From: Macrostomum lignano
Taxonomy: Eukaryota
DNA: 64,000 bases
Assembly: GCA_002269645.1 (NCBI GenBank)
Contig: NIVC01001827.1
Coordinates: 294,642 to 358,641, forward strand
Direction: 5' to 3'
Part shown: positions 1-11,450 of the stretch, piece after piece
Layout: every line of letters starts with the position of its first letter
Position numbering within the stretch: the stretch's first letter is position 1
Program-made: the position numbers and the translations under genes
Notes under the pieces: generated by a model
What the model was told of the DNA's origin: nothing
Databases searched by the model: none
The model's input: the letters and a program-made list of their open reading frames with translations, nothing else

Positions 1-1227
1 TGTAGTTGTAGCTGTAAGAGCAGTTATCTACCATAGGCATATCTATTGTTGTCATAGGCACCTACTTTACTATATTTGCTGTAGGATCCCGTAGTCATAG
101 CCATAGCTATGGTGGAATACTAGAATTTATTGAACATTATAATATAGCATATCAGGCAAGCCAAAAAATCATATTCATAATGCATATTTAAGACTATAGG
201 CTAAAGATAGCCTTTAGTACCATGTCTAAATGTATAAGAAGACTGCTTAGATGTACTTTAATACTTCAGACTCAAAAGGATTATTAACACTAGTGCTTGT
301 AATATTGTATGCAAGCTAATAAGAACCTGTATATTTTAAAAATCTAATTATTTATTACATACCCATCATTTTCATATCATAGCCATAATAATTAAAATTA
401 GAGTATAACTACTACGACTTACAATTTCATCAGGGCTGAGAATACCAAATTGAACTCTTTTAACTGTCCTCAATGGTGCAGTGGAATCTGCGACCTCGTA
501 CATAAGCATTCTGACAAGCTTCTAATGATGTCAGCGAATGCAAAATAAAAGTAAGGACAATATCAACTATCTTAATCCCAACCTGTATAAAGGTTGGGTA
601 GGTCCCAAATTGTTTTTAGCAGGCCTTCTTAGTATACTATAGAAAATTTCCAAACTAAACGCTACTGTGCAAACGAATTCGTTAGTCACACTTAGTGAGT
701 GAGAGCTTGAGTGAAAGAGGATCGATAGGTTGCACAATTAAGAAATATGTAGTAATTTGAAAGTAAAAGTCTACTAAATTAATGTTTTTATTTAATAAAT
801 AAACAACACATTTCTTGTGCTTTTTGGCGATGCTTAAACATAGTTATTGATAGCACATCAAATAATTTAATAACCTTGTTGTAATCGTTGTGACAGATAT
901 ATATTTAGCCTAAAGTTTTAACAAAATCGTTGACTGTATACAGTAAAAAGGACATTACTGTATTTATTGCTGTATGCTAAAATTCTGTATTTAGACATAC
1001 GCAGAGAAAATATAAATTTTATAAAATAATTATACTTACATACTGTGCATAGTTTAATGTGTTTTTTAAAGAAACCTGCTGACGAATAAAATTAGTGAGC
1101 TAAGAGAAGGCTTGGCCTGTTTATTGATTAATAAATTTAATCCTGCGTTAGAATAGTTGTGCGTGTTCGATTTTCTTCTGTAGAATTTTACAGTCTATAA
1201 AGCATTCGTTTTGCAACAGAAGACGAA

Positions 1228-4200
1228 ATGTCATCTTTGTTCCTGCGCAAAATTTTCAGCATTAATCCTGCATGTAAGTAGGAATGGCCTACTAGACTAG
1301 GCTAAGTTTATTAGTCTATATGGCTTTTAACCTAGGTTGGGTTCTGCGTTTATATCAGGTCGCATGCGTGGCCCTTTTATGTATTACTTACTGCTACTTT
1401 TAACTTTACATAAGCCTGAAAGGCTATTGCTAGCTGGGTTGTTTGTGTATAGAATGTGCAAATGCACCTTAAAATTGAAAAGTGGGTGCAGTTTAGGTGT
1501 GGTCTCATAACCTTTTTTCTTTTTAAGGTTCAAGCCTCATTTAATACAATAAATTACACTTTGGGCTTTTAAATTGCATTTTGAAATTGAGGTATAAGGT
1601 GCAATTTTGCACCTAATCTCAGGCAAAAAACACAAATTTTCTAGGTTTAAAAAATTGTATTAGGTCTAATATCCAGTTGCATAGATAGGGCAAAGGTGTT
1701 TTTTAGGGTGGAACCAGCTTGAAATTATAATAAAATAAAGCAAGGGCAAGGTATTCTAACTGCCCTGTGGTGTCACTGGCTGACAAAGAAGTGCAAGTCT
1801 ATAGACTGATAGATTTATAGCACACTTGGCACTCTTAACGCTTAGCCCCTCATCTGAGCGGGCCTGTGTATTTAACCAAACAGTTTCTCATACCACCTCA
1901 ACACGGGGCCTTAGATTGGCTCACCGGAGAGACCGGGTAAGACACCGGCACATAGACATTACTCACACACAAACTGTGGGGTGGGGAGGCCGGGGATGAG
2001 ACAGCTTAGTCATGCTGTCTGTGCTTGGGAAAGGGGGCATGGGTGCACTGGGTACGCAGCAGACAGGGGTATCAAGCCTAGACAGGCTCTAACGTGTCAC
2101 TCCTCGCTCACAGTCACAACACAAGGCCAATGCAATAGTATATTAAATAGTTTCTTGAAATATATAAAACAAGGCAATCTTTTGAAAGACAATAATTTCT
2201 TTATATGCACATAAATTTGTGCCACAAAACACTACTTTTAATAAATTCATTCTTCACATTAAAAAGACCATTTAAACAAAGTTTAATGATAGAAATGCAA
2301 AGTTAGATAGTTAAAGGTCTAAAGAAAGTGCTTTTGCAGAAAAAAATTGTTGTTCCCATTTTGCCCATGTAAAATTTTAAAAGTCAAATAACTTTTTTTA
2401 TCCCATTTCACACAATTTTAAATGCTGTTTTTTGCGCCTTAATGAAATGAACACATAGAAAAAACAATTTGCTTGTATCTCTTCTCACTTAAAAGTTATC
2501 AGGCTTTTTTAGACTCATTTTTTGCCTATCTCCGCAATGTATTTTTTACCCAAGAACTGAAAATTGGGTTTTTTATAGATGACCCAAATAAAAGTATTTT
2601 GCAGACTTTTTGTGTTTTGTTTTTTAGAAAGTGGTATAAATGCAATTTTTAGCAATCCACTTTTATTTTACATGTCTTACTTTGTAATACCATTTTTTAT
2701 TTTTGGTGAACATGAGCATTTGCACTACTTGCAAACTACTTATGCAGAAAAAAATAAAGCTTTGTGCTACATGCCATTTTTTACTGCATTCAATTCACTG
2801 ATTTTGGAGGGTCTTTACCCTCTAAAATTTGCTCCTCTCAACAAATTTCTGGTATGCTACTATAAACAAGCAATATATTTTCTTTGTTTCTTTCTTTGTA
2901 TTGCTAAAAGGTTCCAAGAACTTTTGTCAGAAACAATGAAAAAAAATTTTTGCTACTTATCAAAAAGTTTATATTAGAATGATTATTATCAAATGAATTA
3001 TGGGTGTAGTTAGTGACTTAGTGAATTAATAATTAATTATGCTTCTCTATAATTCTACTTTGCTATTACTGACATGAGCACAAAGGCTAAACTTGTAGGC
3101 ATAAAGTTAAATTATAATGGCCAGCTATATATATTATTAGAAATATATAGAGTTTAAAAATGATGCCTTTATTTCTTACCTTTTTAGTGAACTGTGTTAC
3201 AAGGAGATGCTTTCAAACATCACATCCAGTTGCCACATACAGTGAGTTCTTGATTTGATGTTTTGTCTTTCTTTATATTTAGCATGGTAATTGAGTTTAT
3301 TTATATTCTTAATTCAAAGCCTCTTATAGCTACCTAAACCTACCTAACAAAAACTTTCTAAACCTAAGCCTGACTCAAAAGTAATACCTTAATGATTCTC
3401 ATTTATTTCTTAGAATGTTGAACACAATTCCTTGAATTTTTAATAAATGAAGAGTTCAGAACTGTCTTCATTAAATTGTATTCAATTATTTTCCATTTGC
3501 CTGTCTAAAATCTTTTTCTTGCATAACTTCAACCAACCAATTGCATTTAACAAAATTATCATAATTGCTAGCTTTTTGCAGGCCTCCCACAACTGACTAA
3601 CAACCTGAGCCCCAATCAGTACCTGATGCCTAATGAATTAAGCCCTATTCTTATATCTCCTTATCCCATCAAACCAGCCCAGCAGCCCAATCCCAGCCCA
3701 GCCCAACAGTCACAACTGTCCAATCCCAATACAAAGCTTGTCACACATGTTCAATCCCAATCCTTATCCAATGCCTGTCACACCTCAATTTCAATAAAAA
3801 GCCTGTCACATCTGCCCAATTCCAATCCAAAGCCTGTCACACCTGTCCAATTCCAATCCAATGCCCGTCACACCTGCCCGATACCAATCCTGTCTGCCTG
3901 TCTGCCTAATTTCAATCCAAAGCCTGTCACACCTGCCCAATTCCAATCCAAAGCCTGTCACATCTGCCCAATTCCAATCCAAAGCCTGTTACACCTGCCC
4001 AATTCCAATCCAAAGCCTGTCACACCAATTCCAATCCAAAGCCTGTCACGCCTGTCAACTCCAAATCCCAAGCTTGTCACACCTGCCTAATTCCAATCCA
4101 ATGCCTGTCACACCAGGTCATATCAACCCAGAGCCTGTCACACCAGGTCATATCAACCCAGAGCCTGTCACACCTGTCTATACAGACACGCCTTATCATA

Positions 4201-5414
4201 AGGCACTATTCCACAATCCTGAGCAGTTCTGTCTAACCCATTACCCATTCTCAGAGCTGGTCAGCCGGCCCGATCCATCTGATGACTGGCGCACCATTGG
4301 TGACGAGAGCGCTCGCCACCTATTTCTAATCGAACTGCTGAAAGGTATGGGCATCACAATGGCTAAAGTGTTCCAGGAGCCGGCTACTATCAATTACCCA
4401 TTTGAAAAGGGTCCACTGAGTCCGCGCTTCCGCGGCGAGCACGCCCTGCGCCGTTATCCCAGCGGCGAGGAGCGCTGCATCGCTTGCAAACTGTGCGAAG
4501 CCATCTGCCCTGCCCAGGCCATCACCATTGAGGCTGAGGAGCGCGAGGACGGCTCCAGGCGGACCACTCGCTACGATATTGACATGACCAAGTGCATCTA
4601 TTGCGGCTTCTGTCAGGAGGCCTGTCCAGTTGATGCCATCGTTGAAGTGAGTGTCCTTTCACTCCTAGCTGCTAAGTTAGGTCTAAATAGAAATAAGATC
4701 TCTTATGTAACATTTCTCTATTCGTCCAACCTTTAAGATATACACTTTAAAATGCTTATAAGCTTCTCTGTTACAATATTTAGGCTCGGTCAACCCGTTC
4801 TATGCTTGGGGTGTGTAGTATTGCTTTTATCAGCTGAGTTGATTGTTACGCCAACCAAGTTGAGAATTCCAATTTAGCAGCAGTAGATTTGGTCTTGCCC
4901 ATAGGCATATATAGAAAAAAGACAAGCAAGTTGATAATTCTCATCTTTACTGCGTGGAAGTCGATGTTTAAGCATGGTTTCAGTGCTGGAATCCTTTTCA
5001 TTGCTGATGTCTATGGCCTAGCGGAATGGGCGACGCTCGCCTCCCCGCTGCGTCTTCGGACCGCCCTGCAGCTAAAGATGTCTATGGCCGAAATATCAAC
5101 TTGGTTTGCCTTTTTCCGTCTATGTCTATGGGCAAGATCAACTCTACCGCTGCGTAATGGGAATTCTCTGTTCGATTTTGGCCATAGACAACTGAATAGT
5201 CCTATGAATGCTTGTTGGTTTTAAATCCAGCATCGATCTGTCTGTAGTTCTGTGCTCTATCGATGTTAATAAATTTTTTCAGGGCCCGAACTTTGAGTAC
5301 TCCACAGAGACGCACGAGGAGCTGCTCTACAACAAGGAGAAATTATTGGCTAATGGCGACCGCTGGGAGGCTGAAATAGCTGCTAATCTCAAAGCTGAGC
5401 ACTATTACCGCTGA
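1228..5414 (+). CDS. NDUFS8: NADH:ubiquinone oxidoreductase core subunit S8 (TYKY), exons 1228-1273, 3188-3241, 4255-4646, 5283-5414; 207 aa
   Basis: [22 protein letters not shown] and two 4Fe-4S motifs ([22 protein letters not shown]). GT-AG junctions with matching phases (1,1,0) give [41 protein letters not shown]..., a transit-peptide-like N-terminus, and total 624 nt. Confidence 0.95.
3690..4180. repeat. 31-bp minisatellite (AATTCCAATCCAAAGCCTGTCACACCTGCCC) ending in 30-bp variants, NDUFS8 intron 2
   Basis: Degenerate tandem units read directly; lies upstream of branch point/acceptor CTAAC...TTCTCAG at 4254. Confidence 0.85.
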
Positions 5415-6629
5415 CAGAGCTGTCTCCGCAATCATTTAAGGCTATTAACTGTGTTCTGTCGCCATCAATTCTCCCTAGAAATCCCTCCCAGATCCCACCA
5501 CAGACCGACCAGCATGGCTAGAATAGTTTCAAAATGTTTTCCATCGCCCCAAGATACCTGTCATGAATGTCTGTCTACATGCGTGTAAACTAATGCCCAG
5601 ATTATATATGATATACTACTTACTGTACTACTGGTGTTACTCGTGCACTCGTCTATCTGATTGCCCTGAACCATTTATAGTGTGGATAGTAGACTATCAG
5701 TGTAGAAATTATATCGAACTAAGAGAGTGAAATAGATGGGGTCGTTTTGCACACCTCTTCTCAGTTTCTGTCTCGCATTGTTTAAAGCTTAAATTATTTC
5801 AAGTGTTAAAATGTCTAATTATTTTCGGCTGCTAAATACTTTTAATGAGAATTGTCTGCCTTCTTAATTCTTGGAGGTGCAACCGAGTGAAATTTGATGT
5901 TCGAGTGTGAAATTACTTTTTAAATGTTGCCATAAATCAGGGCATTTCTTGGCCTCGGCCAAGAAATGAATAAATGACCTAGAGTCGAATTCGGTAGTCT
6001 ATAGTAGAGAACAGAGAATAAAGAAGAGAAGAGAGTAAGGCGAGGATTAGATCGAAGAAAGAAAGAATTCGGAGAGACGACAAATTTCATATACGATATA
6101 CCAGTGCTTGCAAAAGACGTGCGCGACCCGTCTGCATGAGGCGGAGGTGCAGAGAGCGCTGATATTTGTCGAGTTACTGGCCACAGCAGCTCAGCCGTTG
6201 AGCGTTACATCGGAGTTTCTGTGGAACAAGGTTTACTACAGACTTCATCAGTTCGGCCAGACCAGCTGTGCCCGCCAAGTCTCTCCCCATGCACACAGCT
6301 GACACTCCGTGTGTTGAGCAGCCATCTGGCCAAAATTGCGCATCGAAATTTGCGGTGAGATACACAAACAAGATTTGACTGACATTTTTCGATTACACTA
6401 AACTAACTAATCGATGCTGACGGACGTGCATCCTGCTATTGGTTGGACTTTTACCGTACACAGTACAGTACGTGGGCAAGATAAACTCTGCAACGTTTTT
6501 AATTGGTCGAGCCATTTATTTGGCAGGCACGGCCAGATAAATTAACCATAGACTGCAAATTGCCTGGTTATTTCATTTCCTCGTCTATGGTGAATAAGAA
6601 TTTTGCTGGACTCTTTGCAACGAATCAAC

Positions 6630-7548
6630 TATACCTTTTCAACTTCGGATTCGTCAAAAGTGAGTTCAAATTCGTCAGCGTATGCAAAACTATCTAGCGC
6701 TCCAGGGGAAGAGAGTGAGTGTCTATGGTAAATTTTTAGAGAAAGTGACTTCGAATTCGTCTGAGTAAGTGAAATTCGCCAGTGCAAATACAGCCTGACC
6801 ATAAAAAGTGTCTGCTTTGTCCATGGTAAGAAAAGAAGTTGTCTATGGTAAATTTAGGTAAGAAAGTGAGTGCAAAGTTCGTCTGTGGATCGCTCTAGAC
6901 TCGTGCGATGTTTTCAACAAGGACGAGACTGGAGACAACTCGCAATTGAACTGGATATCAAGAGGACAACTGCCAGTGACATCATCAGGAGATATGTTGA
7001 TGAGGGTAGGATTGATCTTAACGTGCGTGGAGGTGCAGTGAGACCAAAGTTTTCTGAGGAGATGCTCGGGGCGTTGACGAGGTATGTGGAAGAGAAGCCG
7101 ACTGTGACCCTCAAAGAAATGCAGCAAAAGCTTGTTGCAGATTTTCCTGCTGCTCCTGCTGTGACAACGCAGGCAATCAGTCGTCGGCTTGACGGGACTT
7201 TGTGTGTTACATTGGCTGTTTGTTGCCATGTAGGGCATCTCTGACAAATCAAAGCATGAAATGAAGATTTCAGGAAATTGGGCTACTTTTCCACAGACGA
7301 AATTCACTCACTTTCTTACTTAAATTTACCATAGACAACTTCTTTTCTTACCATGGACAAAGCAGACACTTTTTATGGTCAGGCTGTATTTGCACTGACG
7401 AATTTCACTTACTTGGACGAATTCGAAGTCAATTTCTCTAAAAATTTACCATTAGACACTCATTCTCTTCCCTTTGAGCGCTATATAGTTTTGCATACGC
7501 TGACGAATTTGAACTCACTTTTGACGAATCCGAAGTTGAAAAGGTATA
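6630..7548 (+). mobile_element. Internally deleted IS630-Tc1-mariner-like DNA transposon
   Basis: ~258-bp imperfect TIRs (6630-6888 / 7291-7548) with TA at both ends. Internal ORF 6870-7244 encodes only an HTH-type N-terminus (RQLAIELDIKRTTASDIIRRY...TLKEMQQKL...ISRRL); no DDE/D domain. Confidence 0.8.
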
Positions 7549-7799
7549 GTAGGAAGCAAAAGGATATACCAGGTATTAAAAAACAAAGCCAACCTACTAT
7601 AAGGTTCGAGAAGTTCCATCAGATTCTTCGGGTTCCCCAAATTACTGCTTAAATTGTCTATGGTACTCGGGCACTTGATATAAAATACCCAATTCTTGAG
7701 CGACAAAAATCCCTCCTTACATTCGGGCTCTGTTGATCCGAAGTTGAATTTAGAACAAGTTAAATTAGCATCAGGTCTACTAAAAGCAGAACCGAGCAC

Positions 7800-9791
7800 A
7801 TGGCCTGGATATCTTACGGTGGCCGCAGTGGCGCGACCATTCTCGATAAACGTCGCAGCCGCTACGCCGACAACGCTTCCAACAGCGACGACGGAGGTGC
7901 CGTTGGATCTGACGATCCGCCGCGTTACAAAGGCGTCCCATTGTGCGGCGCCGGCCTCTGCTCGGGCCCCGGCCTGCCGCCGAAGCGGCTGCCCCGGCCG
8001 GGCATCGACTGCGTCAACGGTGACCGGCCCTGTCTGCCCTGCGACATCGTCAACGTGCGCCTACGTGTGGCCGTCGCCGGCTCCAAGGTGAAGCGGGCGG
8101 TGGCCGAGTGTCAAAGGCGCTACTTCTGCCGAGTGTGGAACCTGCTGTTCGCCTACCTGTTCCCTGGCGAGCACCGCGATGGCCCGTGCAATCCTCGAGT
8201 CGTGAGGCCCAACGATCCCATGCCCGTTTGCCGTGGCCAGCCGCAAAATAGTCAATGGCGGCAGAGACAAAAGTGAGCGTTTCTTACATTTCTGGGGCCG
8301 AAAAATCGCTGTTGGAAAGTTGATTTCCCGCCTTTCTACTGTCAAAGTTTCAATCTCGTTCGCTTCGACATCAAAACTTGGCAGTTCAGTTGCGAATGTT
8401 GATTATACTTGCTCGTCTAATACTCGTCAAAACTCGATTACAAACGAGCAACGAGCACTTGCTCAGCCCTGGTGCCCACTAGTAGTAGCTCGGCTCTGCT
8501 TTGAATTTTCCCGTATTGCACTAGGGAAATTCCTTAAACTTCTGGTTAGTAACAAAGTGGCAGTTTTCCCAGTTTCCAGGAATTAATAAATAGGGTGAGA
8601 GGGAAACTTGCATTCATAATTGTCAGACAGGACGAGTTAAATGCTATTGAATAGCTTTGAATACCTGCCGGTGTTGTGAGAGGCTTCGCATGGCTTTTGT
8701 AGAAATATTTGCTAAATTGGACTTACCTAATCTTGAATAAGTCTTAATGTCTCTATCGGAGATGAGATTAGTAAATTTATTTAAACCTTAAGGCACGGGT
8801 CGGAAAACTCAGCTCTCTTCTCTATTTTCTCTCCCCTCCCCTCTCATCTCATCTATCATCTCCTTGTTCCTCTTCTCTTTCCTCCTTAATCTATCAAAAA
8901 CAATTTGCAGACTTCTGGCTCGGGTTCTGTTCCCGAGGTTGCTTTAATGCGGCATGCACAAGCGGAATTCGATCGGGTTTCGGCTAAATTTAAAGGGTCG
9001 CCATCATAAACCCGAAAAATCACAACTCCGAAAGCACTTCCAATCATAAACCCGAAATATCATAACTCCGAAAACCTAAATAGTGTTGGACATTGCTAGA
9101 ACTTTCGGAGTTATGATATTTCAGGTTTGTGATATTTCGGGTTTGTGATATTTTGGGTTTGTGATATTTCGGGTTTATGATATTTCGGGTTTAAGATGGA
9201 AAGCGCTTTTCGGAGTTGTAATTTTTTGGGTTTGTGATGCCCCCATTGTTGGCCTAGCTGAAACTACAGCTGATTATCATTATCATCGGTCATCATATAA
9301 AAGTGTTTTACCTTTGGTCGATCGAAACTTCCGAAAGATACTAAATTAGGTCCATAGGCCCCCCAACAGTCTCAACACTGTGCAAGTGTATTCTAATCAT
9401 TTCTCAGTGTCAAATTGAATCCCGCCTTGCTATGTTTATTTGCAGGCAGAGCCAGCCCAGGCCTGTCTGGGAGCGAGCGCTCAGCCCAGTTGAGGACATG
9501 AAGATGACGGACCATCGGGTGCGCAGACGCCTGCCAGACGAGCAGAAGCAACCGCCTGCCAGCACGCCGCCGCCACCGCCGCCGCCGCCGCCGCCGACAG
9601 CTAAGAAGCGACCAGCAGTTCAGACGCGCCGACAGGCCGGCAACCTGCGGTATAACCTGGTTGACAGGCCCTACCTGACTGGTGACAGCCTCAAGAGTCA
9701 CCAGATTCGCGGCGCCACGCCAGCGCGGAATGGACAGTTGCGAGGCAATTTCTACGACCTGCCGGCAATGGATTCTGAGAAGAGAGCCTGA
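7800..9791 (+). CDS. Hypothetical Cys-motif protein X1, exons 7800-8272 and 9446-9791 (272 aa)
   Basis: GC-rich ORFs; donor AA|GTGAGC at 8272 and acceptor TTTGCAG|G at 9445 join in phase 2; motif CLPC...CQRRYF..VW.L.F..LF shared with two other loci. Confidence 0.7.
8995..9244. mobile_element. Foldback-type MITE with ~15-bp subrepeats (ATCATAAACCCGAAA)
   Basis: Left and right arms are reverse complements built from the same subrepeat; lies in the X1 intron. Confidence 0.65.
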
Positions 9792-10300
9792 TTTCTTGAG
9801 GAAACAGCGGCTCAACTGCAATTTTAAAATACGTGCAGGTTTAGACTGACTGCATATGCGCTCATCTGTATCATAATGTAATTTCTCTAAAGCTTTATAA
9901 CGCATATGATTTGTTTAGTACACAAGTGTTCATTTTAGTGCTAACGCTTCTATATTTTGTTCCTATGTTAAAAAAGATGACTAGCTCTGTACTACTGCAG
10001 CTCATTAAGTAGTTGATACAACTTGCTTTTTATTTTATTGGGCAAATTTAATACACCTTTGTCACTTGTACATCACTTTTTGTATTGTTTTAGTTGTGTC
10101 GGCAACTTCAAATTTCAAATTATACATAAACTGAGCTCTTAAAAATAGTTGCTATGCCCTCTCTGCATACTGCATGTAAGAATCTTTGTGTTTAGCGCCT
10201 CGTTTTGTCCACACTTTAGTCTGTGGCTAATTGTAATTATACTTTTACCCAGACGCAATGAAAAAATATTTTGGCCATTATTCCACAGTTTTGATGTGTA

Positions 10301-11040
10301 CCATAGACATTTGGATTGAAAAAATCCATTGCTCAGTATTTTTGTTAATAAATACAGAACAACAAGAAGTAAATGAACAAAAAGGAAAACTCATTAAAAC
10401 TAAAGTACCAGCTACACGAAAAGAGTTATTAATAAATGTTACAGCTAGTGCAGTTTATCAGTTTGTAGTCGAAATTTGACAATGTGAAAATCAATTTGTC
10501 ACCCAAAGTGAAACATGCAGTTCTCAAAGCCGCAGTTTCTAAAGATGCTCGACACTTTAGCCTGATGATTTGGCACTGCAAAAGGAGTTGGTCTATGTTG
10601 AATGTTTTCTATGAAAGAGAAATACAGGTGCTCAAGTATAGTTGCCGAACTTACCATTTGAAAGATGCACGTCTTGGTTAAGTTGGCATGCGACTGATGA
10701 GCTTCGTCTGATGAGCTTCTTTGGTACCGCAGTATCCAAACTGGGATTCTTTGGGACTGTCGGCTGCTCGACTGAATCGATTGGCCACTTTCAGGCATCG
10801 TTTATAGCCGTCGAGGCGTTGAAGACTGCATGGTCGCGTTTTCTTCCTAGGTAGCGCCGCACGGTTCGTTCAGTCGTCGACAGGAAGATTTTTTCAATTA
10901 ATAAGCGCGGCTGTTTGACGAGATGCACTATAGCCATAGTAGTTTGACAAGACAAATAGCTTTTTCTCCCACTACTCGCTTTCCTGATTTCTTGCAAGAC
11001 GCAAGCAAAATCAGCACTCATCACAGTGTTGTCTATGGTC
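10301..11040 (-). mobile_element. Internally deleted Crypton-like element retaining only the recombinase C-terminal tip
   Basis: Minus-strand peptide TERTVRRYLGRKRDHAVFNASTAI parallels SESTVRRYLARKRDRTLRKVATAV of the 11560 ORF; starts GACCATAGACA (minus, 11040) and ends GTCTATGG (minus, 10301). Confidence 0.6.
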
Positions 11041-11182
11041 AAACTAAGCCACACAACTCAGTTGTCTATGGGTAAAACAACTCTTAAAACAGCCAATTGA
11101 AGCATGATAAAAAGTGTGGAATAATGACAGCGACAAAAGTGTGGAATAATGGCCGCAAAAGTGTGGAATAATGGTAGATTAA

Positions 11183-11274
11183 GTCTATGGTTTCAGACTT
11201 GGATAATGATCACAGTCACGAGTGGCGAAGCCACGAGTGACTGCTGATCATTATTTAATTCTGAAACCATAGAC
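11183..11274. other. 92-bp imperfect DNA hairpin GTCTATGG...GTGGC-GAA-GCCAC...CCATAGAC
   Basis: Arms pair over most of their length around a GAA triloop at 11227-11229. Confidence 0.85.
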
Positions 11275-11450
11275 ATAATCGCATTATCATATAGACTAGC
11301 GTTTTCGGTTGATCATTATGTAACGCCATTAAGCCACGCCATTAAGTAACGCTGCAGTGTCTTCGTGCCATAGATATTGGCTCGGCAGTGAGCAGGGACA
11401 AGGGAGCGCAGCTCCCTTGCGGGGGTGTGGGGGCAGAGCCCCACTAATTG

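Noticed and set aside
1750-2210. Possible solo LTR in NDUFS8 intron 1 (ORF 1981-2214)
   Set aside because: No TG...CA boundaries with TSD and no second copy in the window.
3626-4254. ORFs 3626-4090 and the 5' part of 3861-4736 as an NDUFS8 N-terminal extension
   Set aside because: They are translations of an intronic minisatellite; a phase-consistent four-exon model gives a normal-length protein.
6836-6852. GTTGTCTATGGTAA as an RFX X-box explaining the octamer enrichment
   Set aside because: Only a loose fit; most copies lack the GTT/AAC flanks and instead coincide with element ends.
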